Shown in pieces: positions 40,346 through 54,137 of a stretch of 64,000 bases of DNA (positions are counted from its first letter, which is position 1; every line of letters starts with the position of its first letter). The notes under the pieces were generated by a model. It did not search any database. It was given only the letters and a program-made list of their open reading frames with translations, and was not told the DNA's origin. Source of the stretch: Spironucleus salmonicida (taxonomy: Eukaryota); contig NC_090603.1 in the NCBI RefSeq assembly GCF_000497125.1, positions 620,001 to 684,000 of the forward strand, given 5' to 3'. The translations under genes and the position numbers were made by a program.

Positions 40346-41801
40346 TTTCAGATGTATATAATTAATATATAATATAAGAATAGTAAAATTATATGAAAGA
40401 AATAATATATTTATTAATGAATCAAATTATGCAGTGGTTTGGTAGTTAAATGCAGAATGGTACTCATTTATTATTCTAATAATGTTATATTATGGAAATT
40501 ATCAAAGGATTATTATGTAAATAAAAGACTTCATTATCAGATGGTTGCATTAGATCGTTATTATCATGATATTTACCTATAAAATTGATAATTGAATATA
40601 TATAATTTTAATAATGATCGTTTAAATTACCAGTAAAAGTTTTATACAATAAAGTGGTGCTTATTACCAGAAATTGGGTAATGATAATTTATAACGCATA
40701 TTTTCGTTCGTACTAAGTATAATTTATTATAGGCAATACTTTAAGTCGTAGCTAATTGTTTGATGTATTAAACTATGTACATCTGTTTAAGATTATTCAT
40801 AAATACTAGTATATTTAATTGTATTGATATTATAACCAGAGTATAGAAACGTTATATTGGAACATTTATTATAGTATACGTTTGATAAATTATGAAATAC
40901 ATTAAGAATTAACCTAAGAATATAACTTAAGCTCATCTAAATATTAGTAGGTAAAATAAATTTTAATGAACAAATTTCAATAGGTTTAGTTACCATTTCT
41001 ATTAAATTGCGTACTCATTTTCAATAATAAAAATAAAGTAGTCAATACAAGTAAATTTACTTTTATAAAGTTATTCTTATTATTATAATACTGATAATTG
41101 ATATTAATAATTTTTAAAATCCTATGACTGTATTTATTATTTTTATCTAGTCTATATCATTAAATAAAAAATTATCATTTAACCGAAAATTACATGTTGA
41201 TTTAGTAATTAACTTATCTAGTTTTTTAGTTCAATGCTTTTTATAGTCAGATTTTATACTCAAAATGTAATTAATTATCTAACTTACTATAAAATCATAA
41301 TAGTCATTTAATAATTCAATAATATAATATTACTTAGATATTAAAATAATTATTATCAGGAAAATATAATTATATAAATACTATATACATCAATATTTTA
41401 TAGAAACTGATAAGTTTACAACTTTATTAAGTATAATATGTATTATATTTTAACCATTTGAAGTTGGAAACATAATCATGTCTAAAATATTTTTTAATAT
41501 CATATTATAGCAATAACTATATTATTTATATTGATATATTTATTTTTTTTCGGTAAACTTCATGTTTCTTTTCTAGGAAATACTAGATCTTTTATAATAA
41601 TGATATTTATAATTTGCAGGAGTGTGTCTTTTATCTATTATACTTATATATTAATATTATTTAATTAATATTCGTTCGATTTTGAGCTTTTAATTATATA
41701 CATTATAATACAATATAAATATATTATTATTTCGATCGGATTCTAATCATATTAAAATAACTTACTAATAATTATTATTCCTTTTTCAAGATTTCCTGAA
41801 A

Positions 41802-42053
41802 ATGGTAAGCAAACATCTATTAACATTTGAGTAGATAGATGTTCTTGTTTAGGCTATTGCAGGTGGTGCATGCTGGAAGCAAATACAGCAAGAAATATTC
41901 CCTCAATTCACCATAATTTAATTACGCAATGCCTTTTATAAAATCAAACATACATATCCAGAATTGTTTCATATTTAAAATGTAGAGTACCATAATAGTA
42001 CAAAAATTATTAGCTAAGGCTTTAATGATTACTTTGCCCTAGAGTTATTTTGA
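41802..42053 (+). CDS. small divergent Myb/SANT-like protein (83 aa)
   Basis: LLTFEQIDVLVQAIAGGACWKQIQQEIFPQFTIIQLRNAFYKIK helix-turn-helix pattern; ends GFNDYFALELF*, TGAGTGA. Confidence 0.7.
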
Positions 42054-42713
42054 GTGAATTAAAAGTGAGGTTTATGTATTTTTTCATTTATCTTTATAAG
42101 ATACATTGGAAAAGATGATATAAAGTGTTGTACCAATTAATATTTTTACTTGAGTAGTGATGTATTTATATTAGTTGTTAAATTGAATTTATGTTATATT
42201 AGGCGAGATATACCCTTAAAAATATCATAATTTATTATTATTATATGTTTTACTGAAATTCATATAATTTTTAACAAAATGATATTACTGTTAGTAAGTG
42301 AGCTTAGATATTAATAAATAACATTCATATAACCAAAATATATGGAAAATAGTTAGTTATGGTTGATATAATGAATATCCAGATTATAATTTTAATATTA
42401 TTACTAGCTAATAATATCTTATTAAAGGTATAATAAAGCAGATAACAAAATAAAATAGTAGTTAAAGTTACTTTTATAATGTTTTGATAAAAGGTTATGA
42501 TAATTCAGATGTAAAATTACTGAATAAATTTTAATTCCTTATCTTTTAACCGTTTAATATAGTTAATAAAAAACTTATATATATTAAATATAATTCCCTA
42601 TAATTAACTTTTTCTTATACATATTATTATATAAATACAAAGTATTTTTAAATTATCTATCAATATTAATCTGTATATATTTAAATAATATCAATATGTA
42701 TACTATAATTTAA

Positions 42714-43226
42714 ATGAAACCTCTTCAGATACATCGCAACAGCGAGCGGGGGTTCCTACCTACGATCAAGAACCTAGAGCGCACCTATGGAAAATTGGTT
42801 CGAACGTATGATAAGGACTAAGATATCATGTTATTAGAATCATATGTACGCAGTGCTGAGCGCAAGGTACCTCCACGAATTGATGAATAGTTATATTAGG
42901 ATGCACTTACTAGAATTAAGCGAGCTACTATTGGTACTTCCAAGTCAGTAACCTAACCTACTAGGTAATCGTCACCGACGACACCAACATAATTTATCCG
43001 GTAACCTCAAATCGACATCTTCGACGACAGTACCTTTGACACATCACGTGCATAATTTTTCTCACCAAAGTAGAAGAAACCAGTACAGATACCTCTTAGC
43101 TAATTGTAATTTGCATCTACTCCATTCCTAATGGCCGAGTAACGTAAAACTCACATGCAAAACATGAGAAACAACTAGAGCAACGTTGTTACACACCGTT
43201 TAGCTAAATATTCAAATGGATAGTGA
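42714..43226 (+). CDS. hypothetical protein (170 aa)
   Basis: aaATG 42714 (MKPLQIHRNSERGFLPTIKNLERTYG...), GC higher than the flanks, TAGTGA end. Confidence 0.75.
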
Positions 43227-44749
43227 CACATGGCTGTCTATAGTTATTTGATTTGAATCAAAATTTGTATTATTATTTAGTGTTAAAAAATAATTTTCAA
43301 TTTCCAGTTGCAGACTGATAATTTTAGTAAAATTTAATTTAGCAGATGTTGTTAATTTCTAAATGGTTATTTTTAGGAATTTATATAAGAATAAGATATA
43401 CGATTCGTTTAATGTTAATTAAATATATTATTTATTGTCGGAATTTAACATATGGATAAAAATTTAAGCAATGATGATAGCATTAAATGGCTTCTTGGTA
43501 TATATCATATCATTATTTAATTATTTAGATATAACTGTACATTCATGTAAAGAAATATACTATAATTTTATTATACATTATACGATATATACCAAAGGAA
43601 AATTTATTGCTGGTGTTAGATATTCGATTTTAAAAGATTCTTATATTATGAAATTTTCATTTTTTGATTAAAAAATCGAACTTAAATAATCTAGAATGCC
43701 ATAAAATAGATATTTCTTAAGCTTAATGTAGATTTGTTAGACGATTGTCTGTTAACTTTAAATAATTGAATTATCCTCAATGTATAGAAAATTATTAGTA
43801 ACGTTGAAACTAATATTTTTAGAAGAATTTAGCCGTAACTTTGTTAATATAATGCAATTTTATTTAAAGTTAGCATATGTATGGATGTTTTAATATAGTT
43901 ATGACAAGTATGTAAAGCACTGTTGTCTTTATACTCCTTAAATATTATATACAATTAATGCATAAGCCATAGGGGATTAAATAATAATTTTAATTTAGCA
44001 ATTTTATATTATACTAAATAAATACTTTTGGATAAATTGTATAACAATATTGGTTACTATAATTGACTTAAATTTTACAGTTATCAGGATATTTTAGCTG
44101 CAATAAACACGAAAATCTCATTATTAATTAACAACTGTGATTAGATGCTAGATTTGTTGTTATCTAATAATGTGATCTTATTTATTAATTATAGATTATT
44201 TGACAGTATTATTTAAATATTGATACTAATAAAAATTTACTATAATATATTCTAATATATAATTATTATTATATTTACATATAGCATAAAGTATTGATGG
44301 GTAAAATAATGAGAATCTATATGACATATACTGAATAATATTATACTGAATACTTGTATTTATTTTATTCTATTAAACCTAAAATAATCCTTATAATGAA
44401 ATAAACTTTATCTTGATATTACAATTTCAACATAATCATGCATAGTAAATCAGACTATTTTTAGTCTAAAGTTGTGATACAAAATCATCTGAATTTATGT
44501 CTGTCGCACTACTAAAATATATTTCATTCAAATTTATAAAATTTATATAAATAGGTATCTATAAAGGAGTTTATTAAGTTTTATACTTTACCTAGTTATT
44601 CAAGTTATATATTATTTTATATAATAGCACAAACTTAAAACCAGCTTGGATATATTAATATTAATAATACTTACTTCGGAATTTAGTTTTTTAGAAAATA
44701 TTTCCATAAGAATTATTTATATAAATAATTTTGATGCTACTTTTTTCAT

Positions 44750-45040
44750 ATGCAGACTAAACGATCAGACGTTGATCGGTTAATTTTAAATAAAGGTCAT
44801 ATACTAACGATTAATAAGATTCTCTCTATAGATGAAATAGATAAGATCGCGTAGGCAATAATAAAAGGTGCCTGTTGGACATAAATCCAAAAAAAATTAT
44901 TTCCATAAATAACAATTTTATAGTTGAAAACTTTGTTTCGATAGTTTAATCATTAAAAACTAGTATATATGTAGTATGATAATTCATTCAGAAACGGTAC
45001 CTTAGGATTTAACGATTATTTTTCAATAGATTTATTTTGA
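44750..45040 (+). CDS. small divergent Myb/SANT-like protein (96 aa), paralog of 41802..42053
   Basis: ILSIDEIDKIAQAIIKGACWTQIQKKLFPQITILQLKTLF...GFNDYFSIDLF*. Confidence 0.7.
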
Positions 45041-46534
45041 TCGAAATTTACTGTTTAGGAAAAATATGTGAATGTATTTTCTTTAACAACAACTAATTGA
45101 AACAATTACAAGTAAAGATTTTAATGTGATACTAAAGAATTATATCTCAACTTAAATGGGAGTATGATATTTTAATCATATAAGTTGAAAAAAGCCATCA
45201 GCATAACTCTAATTTTTATCTATTTATAGTAAAAGGATGTGCTACATAAATTTATAATTGCTAATTATAAATCATTATTATGTTTAATAAATAAATAATT
45301 AATTAAATATGTTCTCTCTGCACTGTGTAACAACCCACTAAGTCTTATTTTGGAAATACATTAATATTTTAGTCTAAAATACCTAACTAATCAATAAATA
45401 TATAACGAAAATAATTTAGAGTGATTATAGACTACATTTATATTGTTTTGTTCATTGAAATACATTGCAATTTATTCGCATAAATGCATTATGTATTTAC
45501 AACTTAAGATATACCTAAATTACCAATATGTATAGATTATATAAAGCTAAGGAATAAGTTTATATTTATATATGTATATTTTTAACTATTTAACTGATAT
45601 TTGTTTTATAAATCTATTACTTATGTATAAATCCTATCATAAAATGCACAGTATAATATTTATTTTTTAATATCTGTGTTTATTCAATTTCTTTACATCT
45701 TGTTAATTTAGGGTAGTTTTCTCAATTTACGTCATAATTCTGCATCTAATCAGGAGAAAATTATAAAAAAGTTAATGGAATAAATTAAGTCATGATAGAA
45801 CTAACTGAGTATAATCTTTCTTTAGTTTCCACAAATTGACCAAGTTAGAAATACAATTGGATGACAGTTGTAAATTGAATTGAAATAGTAATAAATCACA
45901 ATCACTTACCATAATATATAAAAATTGAAGTGACTAAAATCAAGTATTGTTTTATATTATAATATGCATAAATTTAATCTGCCTCTATCTATAACTGGGA
46001 TTTAACTGTGCAGATTTTCATAGTTTATCACGATTGTCATTTCTAATTATAATAATACCAGATAATTATATAGTAGATTTAAGTAGCTAAATAAGGAAAC
46101 TTGAATTACTGTAAAAACGACAATTATGTTTATATTTAAATTACATTTATGTTAACCAATAAATTAGTATTAAATCCTTTTATTGTTATTCATATTTATC
46201 TATTCAATGTTGTATGAGCAAAAACTAAAACTGATAATATTAGTGATACAAAGTTTTCATAAACACAGAAGTATGTTTATTTATTAGTAACAAGCACGTG
46301 TTATGAACAGAATAACAGAAATTAAAGCCAGATACACTAATATTTTAAAGACCAACTAAAACCTTACCAAGTGGCTCCCAACATAACCAATAAAATTATT
46401 CTATAAAATTACAATATTTGCGCACAACTATCTTAAGCCTTATCATTTCCTGTTTCTTCGTTTCAATTATTCAGATTTACTATCAGTAAATGGCTTCTCA
46501 TCCCAGCCAACACGGCTCCCAATCTCCCCTCCCC

Positions 46535-48379
46535 TCAAACTTCACTCGCGCTATCATCTCCATCCACATCACACTCTTCCTCTTCTATCTCTCCCCACTC
46601 CTCTTCCGCTTCCTCACCTTCCAAATTTTCCGCTTCAAAACTATCGTTTTCCCTTTCACCAAGACGCCTTTATTTCTCTTATTTAAAAGCCTTTTTGTCC
46701 TCCTAATCGACCTCAGAAAGCGCACTTTTAAGAGTAAAGGCGCGTTTCTGCATCAAATCGGTAACCTAGGCCGAATTTTGAGCAAAATTCTCATCCTTTT
46801 GTTCAAACTATTCTAAATGTTTAATATTCACATTGCTAAGCAGCTCGGTGACTTACAATTATTCTTGGGTGTTCAGCTCTGTTTTGATAGATTTTGGCAC
46901 AAATTCGTCATCTGAAGAGTCAGTTACTTCTAGTTTCTTTATATTATCTTAAATTATATTTGATAATCCCCAAGATCTTCGAACACCTTAAAAATCGATT
47001 TTTTCGCAGTCGAAGCCTGATAAAATCAGGCTTTTCATCCAAGCACCAAACGCTTTCTCACAGCATACTTTGACGTAATCATCCTTGCTAATGATCATTT
47101 GACAGCTTTCTCTGATCGAACATGCCTTCGCCAATTTCATGTTTTTTTGGCACATTTTCACTCCCATTTGCTCAAGTTTTTATATTATCGGCTGCTCAAA
47201 CTCACTTTAGAGAATAATATTTACACCGTTGTTTTCCATTCGGCCGGCTCTACCGGCGCGGTGAATGAACGTATTTGCGTCGTTGCTGAGATCGAATTGG
47301 ACCACAAAATCAATTTTTGTGATATCTAAGCCACGCGCGGAGACGTCAGTAGTGAGCAGAATCGCAGAGGTCTGCTTAACGAATTTGAAGAAGATCTCCT
47401 GGCGCTGATTTTGTTTCAACCTCCCAGAGAGCTTCAGAACAAGCACGGCCGGGTGTAGCTGCTTGATGACCTCGTAAAAGAACTGCACCTGGCGCGTGGT
47501 GGCCAGGAACACGATAAATTTGGACTGCTGGTACGACTTCAGGAGCGAGAAAAGGACGTCCAATTTGTCGTTTTCGTGCGTCTTGAGGAGGACATTCTGC
47601 AGGTTTTTCGGCGAATTCTGGCTCAAATTCAGCGACAGAATCGTCGAAAACGGACGCAGCGCGGGGGCGGCGATTTCCTGCTTGTCGTCTTTGGCCTGAA
47701 ACAGCGCCAAATCGATTTCCTTGCTTTCGATTTTCGTGATTTTCCGCGTCAATTTTTTCAGAATTGAATTCAAATTCGATTTTTCAGTCGCTGAAAAAAG
47801 CAAAATTTGGCAGGAAGGGCCGTTTTTGGTTTTCCGGATTTCCGGGAAATAGTCGAAAATCTGCTTCATGTCCTTCTGGAATCCGAGCTCCAGGAGCTGG
47901 TCCACCTCGTCCAGGACGATGAACTTTATGCCGTCCCCGAGCGCGCCGTAGGACGTGCTCAGGTGCTGGCAGAGGCGGCCTGGGGTCGAAATCAGGATGT
48001 TCATCTGTGAGAGCGACTGGGCCTGCTCCGCTACGTCGTGGCCGCCGATCAGCAGCCCTGCGCTCAGGTCTAGGTGCTTTCCGACCTTCTGCAGCACTGT
48101 GAAAATTTGCATCGCGAGCTCGCGCGTGGGGGCGAGAATCAGCGCTCCAAGACCGTCATTTAGCGACCAGCTACTCGTGGTTAGCCTGTGCAAAATCGGA
48201 ATTAGGTACGCCAGCGTCTTTCCAGAGCCTACGCGCGCAAGTGCAGAAACGTGGTTTCCAGTGATAATTTCTGGAATAGCAATAGCTTGAACTGGCGTTA
48301 ATTTGGTGAATTTCTGGCTTGTAAGCTCTGTTTGGAGGTTTTCGGTGAGATTGAGCTAAGCGAAGTAGCGAGGATACAT
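46535..48379 (-). CDS. DBP4: DEAD-box RNA helicase DBP4/DDX10 (614 aa)
   Basis: Q motif LTPVQ, ARVGSGKT, WSLNDGLGALILAPTRELAMQIF, SAGLLIGG, STPGRLCQHL, DEVD, SAT, TDVSARGLD, HRAGRAGR; acidic tail. Confidence 0.92.
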
Positions 48380-48728
48380 TGTGGAAAGAAAATTGGAATG
48401 TTAAAAAAATAGTGAATAATATATTGTACTATAGTGGATAATGTAGTTGAATTCGTTTAACTAGACTGATATATATGAGTTTGAGAGGTTAAGAGAGAAC
48501 TAATAAGTTATAAATTGTAAGGTGGTTATTTGTAACATTTACGCAGCAAACTGTAGTAATATACAAGTAATAATGGTTACGGCTATTTATTAGCTTTAAT
48601 TTAATAAGATCAAGTTTAAACTGTAAACGTTAATATATAATATTGGGTAATATAGTACAATTATTCAATATGGTATATTAAATTATATCATTCACCAATA
48701 TCAATTGCACATGCGTGGTTTACTCATG

Positions 48729-48922
48729 GTGTCTCATCTCTCGTTTGGTTGCGCAGTACTGCTTCCTGGCGGAGCAGCCTCGCCTACGCGCCCTATCCCA
48801 CCCCCGGCAAGGTCTCCCACGTGGACTCAGCGAACTCCTGGCGGTAGCGCTACGCAGTCTCCGGCCTCGGCCAGCAGATCCAGCGCAACAAGGCGGTTCA
48901 AAAAGAGAACTTTATTAAAAAT
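48729..48922 (+). mobile_element. GC-rich dispersed element, internally deleted copy (194 nt)
   Basis: Near-identical to both ends of 58950..59420 (inverted); 277 nt missing between GG(T/C)GGAGCAG microhomologies; GC island in AT-rich flanks. Confidence 0.8.
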
Positions 48923-49348
48923 ATTGTATAATTTAATTCTATATTAATGTGTACAAAATTAAATGCATTACTAGTATTCTTATTTTAGTAACAATGAAGA
49001 CTATAGTAATTCTAGTTTTCATAACTATTTTATTCTAAAAATAAGCGTTCAACATTCATTATATTACTTAATAGTAATATATATGGCACATTTATTTGAG
49101 AACATTACTACTCAGCAAATAGTTGATATTAAACAATCTAAGATTTTACTTAAGTAAATACAAATCGTAAAAATTAGCACTGTTCATACTTAATTATATT
49201 AATATAATTCAATTTGATTATTATATGAAAGAATAATTTCTATGACAGAAATAAACTACACTTTATATATAATATTCAAATTAGATTGACAATACCAAGT
49301 AGAGAAAAGTAATTAAAGGCTAGAAAATAGAAGAAATCAAATCAGCAT

Positions 49349-49612
49349 TCACTGATTACTTTCTCTACGTCTTATTACTTTCCTATAATGTTAAGAAACT
49401 TATGGACCTGTTCTTTATGGAAATCTTCCATCTTTTCCTAAAATTTGAGCTATTACAATCCATTTCATTTTCAAATTAGCTAAATTTTCTAGTATTACTT
49501 CTTCTTCCTTAGTCCAACGTAAACTCGATTGTTGCTCAGTATAATTTATTATTCCAATCACTTAGTTAATCTTATCTACAATTTCATTTATTGACATTTC
49601 CTTAGGTTACAT
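49349..49612 (-). CDS. Myb-like DNA-binding domain protein (87 aa)
   Basis: RWTKEEEVILENLANLKMKWIVIAQILGKDGRFPQRTGPQVSQHYRK; cAGTGA stop. Confidence 0.85.
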
Positions 49613-50996
49613 TAGTAAGACGAATATCTATATAATAATAGAAAGTATATTTATTAAATATTAATTTAATGAAACTAACCTGTTTCTATTATTAATGCCG
49701 TCCTATATACTTGAAGTTCATTTAATAATGTGGAAACAGAAAATTGAAGTGAGTAATATTTATAAAGCTAAGTAATATTGTAAACCATTTATTATATAAT
49801 ATATTTATACTATATTATACACTTAATATACACTCATATTACTTAAAATTAAATGAATATTACTCAAATTTATCAATTATTTGTAAAGATTATCCTCGTA
49901 ATTTTTATTATTTATTGAATATTTATCTATACTGTGATAGGCCACAAACAATAAATGTTAATAATGTATTAAATGATGACCAGTATTTACTTTATAATTG
50001 AGATTAAGTTATTTTGTATTATCCATTCATTTTTACCTTATTTATAACTTTTTAATATTATACGGCTTTAAAATCATTAGTAAAGATATTTAATTATAGA
50101 TATAATTTTATAAAGTTGTATAGATTATTTATTAGTTAGGAATATAATTATACTATGTTTGGTTTTGTACTTTACGATTATTTATATATGATTTAAAAGC
50201 ATTTTATTTTATTAATATTTAGTAAACTCAAATAAGTTAAATTGTATAATAAATATTTTTACGAAATTATAGTATTTTTTAGAAAACACTTTGGTTCAAT
50301 AATGTTTATTCATTAAAATTAATACAAGTACGGTTTTTTGTTCGTTTTAGTTATTAAAGCCTATTTATAATATCATTGTGGTACATTATCATGATGAAAT
50401 TTTTATGAACCTGTAAAAATAAGTGATATTATCTGATAGAAGCTATATTTTCACGTGGGTACCTATGAAATATAGACTGTGCACAAATTCCTGGAATTAC
50501 TTCTACTATTGTAATTTTATTAAAATCATTAAAATGTGCAGTTTTATTATAAATTCCAAGTATTTAATTTTTGTGTATCAAAAGAAAATAGCTAATTAAG
50601 ACTTCACTTGCAACTCACTAAAGAGTTTTGCTCTCACTATAATAATAGAGTTGTTTTAATTGATATATTATAAAATATGTACTATAATATTTTAACACTT
50701 TTATATCACTTTTAATAAAGCATGTTTATCAGAGTGAAACAAACAATTATAGTTCAGAATTTTATTTATCTAATTAACACTTTTAACATATCCTACTGTG
50801 TCAAAATAACATATCCTCAACGAATTCATTTCTATAATCAATTTTATTAATAATAATTGTACTAAATAATATAATATAGTTTATTATTTAGGTTTGAATA
50901 ATAAGCTCATTGATAAAAGTACTAACTGAATCATAGAGATATTCAAATTACTGTTCGTCATGAAAAACATCCAAAAACTCTGTAAATCATCATTCA

Positions 50997-53900
50997 TCAA
51001 AAATCAACTTCGCTGAATCCTACTCCGTCCTCTACACATTCACAAATAACAAAAATACTCCCCAAAGTCCCCTAACAGGCCTTTAAAACCCCTTCACACA
51101 CACATCTCCCATCGACAATCAGTTCAAGATTGTTTTAGAATTGCAGCTCATAAAGCTTCATCGTTAAGGAATTACCGCTATCAACCAGGTCCTCACATTG
51201 TTTTTTGATATTTTTCACGAGTTAGTTAATTCCATTTGAAATATAACTTTTCATTCCAAAAGATGAAAAAAATGCTTCTTCGGGGGCATTTTATAAAATA
51301 AGCTCTTCCATCAATTCTTATTTTTCTTTTCGCTTGAAAACTTACTTTTTAGCTTCGGAATTGATAATCTCTTCAATTTCACTAAAAATAGCATTTCGAA
51401 GTTAATATAATTAAAATGAGTTTTAAACTTCCTATAAAAGGTTAAGTTATTCCCCAAATAGCTAATTTTAAAGATTTGTACATTGTTCAGGAGTCTCTGA
51501 AATACAGAGCAAATAGGATATTCTGTCAATTAATATTAATATTAAACGAATAATACTGTATAAATATGTTTCTAAAACTAAACTACATTTCTTCTAGATA
51601 AGTATTATTATATGGTCAGCAATATTATTTGATAAAATAATTTTCGAGATCGCTATAGCTTTATCTAAAAATTTCTGTTTACTTACAACTACGTGATGAG
51701 AATCACTACAGTAGTGTTATTTAGATAATGCCTTCTGATTTTACACTCGTTGTAATATCTAACTTATCTATTCTTCAATATCAATATTTTGCAAAACTTC
51801 CTCATTTCCAACATGATACAAGCACTTGCAACCACTAAACTTAAATTCTATCTCTTTATATTAATTCCACCATACAGGCATTCCATTTTCGTTAACGTGA
51901 TTTTGTATCAGTTATTATTTACGAAAGTTTAAATCCGTCTAAAACCACTTTACTTGAGCGATCTTTCGATCGAAATCAATATAATTCTTACTAGCGTAAT
52001 CCAAACTTTTAAAATACACCAATTTAATGCGTTTACTAAATATCGGCGAAATCACCAAATTGCGCTATTTTTTAATCTCTAAAAATAAACTCTTTAGTCG
52101 CTTGAGAACAAATGGAGCAGCTATTACGGTGTATATATTGTATATGTTATAATATTCATCCCCCAATATTGACCGTAGCAAAATCTATTAAGTTTATGGT
52201 AAAATTATTATATCATTATTACACATTTAATTATCTAATAACTTTTTCAAACCAGTATAATTATTTTATTCTATATGATTATTATATTCAACATAATAAC
52301 TATTGCAAAATTCTTGTATTTTTTAAATTATGTATTATATGTTATTGCTAAAGATATCGTATTTCATCATGTGCTCTTCAAGCGCTGCGGGCTCATCGAA
52401 CTCGAAAAACACTTTTTCGGTCTCCATTTCGAGCTGCGAAATCAAGTACGGATTAGATGAAACCGGAGCAGCAGCCTCAAAGCCGTTCGCGAAACTTCCA
52501 TAAGCGCTACGATTTAACAGCGATTTTTCGTCCTAAAATTTGCTCAAAATCGGATGCTAAAAACGATAACTGTGACTTTTATCCCCATTGCTTCCTGTTA
52601 TGTTTAGCTATTTGGTAAATTTCAATTTTTAGATCAGTGTCATGTTGTAAATCGATTTTTCAAAATCAGAAAAAATGTCGTCATTTATATACTATTAAGA
52701 TATATAAACGATAGGTTGGAATTAGATTGAATTGTAGGAATGTTAATTCTCAGAATTAAAAAAACAGCAATCTTCAGTAAAGGAACGGAATGAGTAAATT
52801 GAATTGTAATTTTAATAAAAGACTAATTAGTACTAATTTAAAAACTAAATACACGAATATCTAAATTCTGGAAAAGTAAGCGACGGCCGTTTTTTGAGTA
52901 TCAAATTGATAAATTTGTTGAATTCTTTGATTTTGAAAAGCTCAAAGAGGTCATCCAAGTGCAGTTTTTGCGTCGATTTTGACGAATTTTCGAGCTGCTC
53001 CAAAAGAGCTTTTTAGAATATAAAAGAGCGAAAATTTATGATTGGAATTTTATTGTCAATTTGCGAAATGATAACATTTCTTTGAACTGGAATTGCAAGG
53101 TTTAGCAGGTTTTCGCGCCAGTGCTGATGCGTGAAAAAGTCGCTCAATTTTCGCTGAAACTGGTCCAAACTGCGCATATGCTCAGACCCGGCATTTTCTT
53201 GGAGAATTTCGCGCAAAATGCTCAATTCCGGCCGAATTGGCTCCTCGGAAATAGTCTTTTTCGGTTTCTGAACTTTGCTTTAAACCTGAAATTGCTCCAT
53301 CAAACGACCTGAAATACCCGCCACGCGCTTTGTTTGCTCCTAAATCTCAAAAATAGTTTACTGCCTCCAAAGAATTTGTGATTCAGAGAGCGAATTATTC
53401 TGGTAAACTTGAACGACTCGCTTAAAAAGCTCTATCGGCTTGGATTGTTCTGAATATACGTTATATGAGAGTGAAATTTGAGCTAAAGAGACGAATTTGA
53501 GCTGCTCAACGGCGTAGTTGTACCACTGCTTATTGAGGTATTCTAGAAGGCCAGCTAGCAGCTCTGGGAAGTCCGAAAGCAGCTGAGATGACCTGAGGAT
53601 GAATTGGAGAACTTCTACGCGCTGTTCTGAGGAGCCCATAACGAATCTTGAGAGGAGTGTTTTAAACTCGTCAGCGACCTTTGGGGTCACTAATTGAGTT
53701 AGCGAGACGAGGTAAATGTCGAATTGATCCTCCTCTGGGATGATATGTGATTTTTAGCATATTTGCTAGTGTTCCATCAGTGAAATTGGCAGGGAAACTT
53801 GATTGGACTGGGAGACGACGAATTTTAGATCCTGGGGCAGGAACTCGTTAAGATGCAACAATACGGCGGGCTCGAATGTCCTGAAGGTGTTGAAAAGTCG

Positions 53901-54068
53901 CAAAAGCGAGCAGTTCATTTTGTCGTCGGATGTCAAGTTGATGATGTCATCCTTGAAAAATGCGATAAGACCAGGTCGTTGTCTTTCGTTGCAGATCTGA
54001 GTTGTAAACTGAAGCAGACGCAATGCCGAACGGCGAATCTCGTCTTTTATTTGATGATCTTTATCCAT
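50997..54068 (-). CDS. large hypothetical protein (~1023 aa)
   Basis: Track ORFs 53766..54068, 53358..53690 and 53013..53225 share one frame; it continues to TGA 50999-50997 in the lines checked. Confidence 0.75.
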
Positions 54069-54137
54069 TAGTGGAAGGGTTCAGTAAAATATAAATACAA
54101 AGCATGTATAATAATACGATTATTAAAAATTGCAAAA

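Noticed and set aside
46470-46534. G-rich stretch and ATTTACT-GAT-AGTAAAT hairpin after the DBP4 stop (possible ncRNA or readthrough)
   Set aside because: Only a 7-bp stem; G/T-rich 3' flanks occur after other genes here; AGTGA just before the stop supports normal termination.
50387-50440. Possible box C/D snoRNA (ATGATGA 50391 ... CTGA 50433)
   Set aside because: Very short and AT-rich, with no guide I can match to rRNA; such motifs arise by chance here. snoScan plus small-RNA data would be needed.
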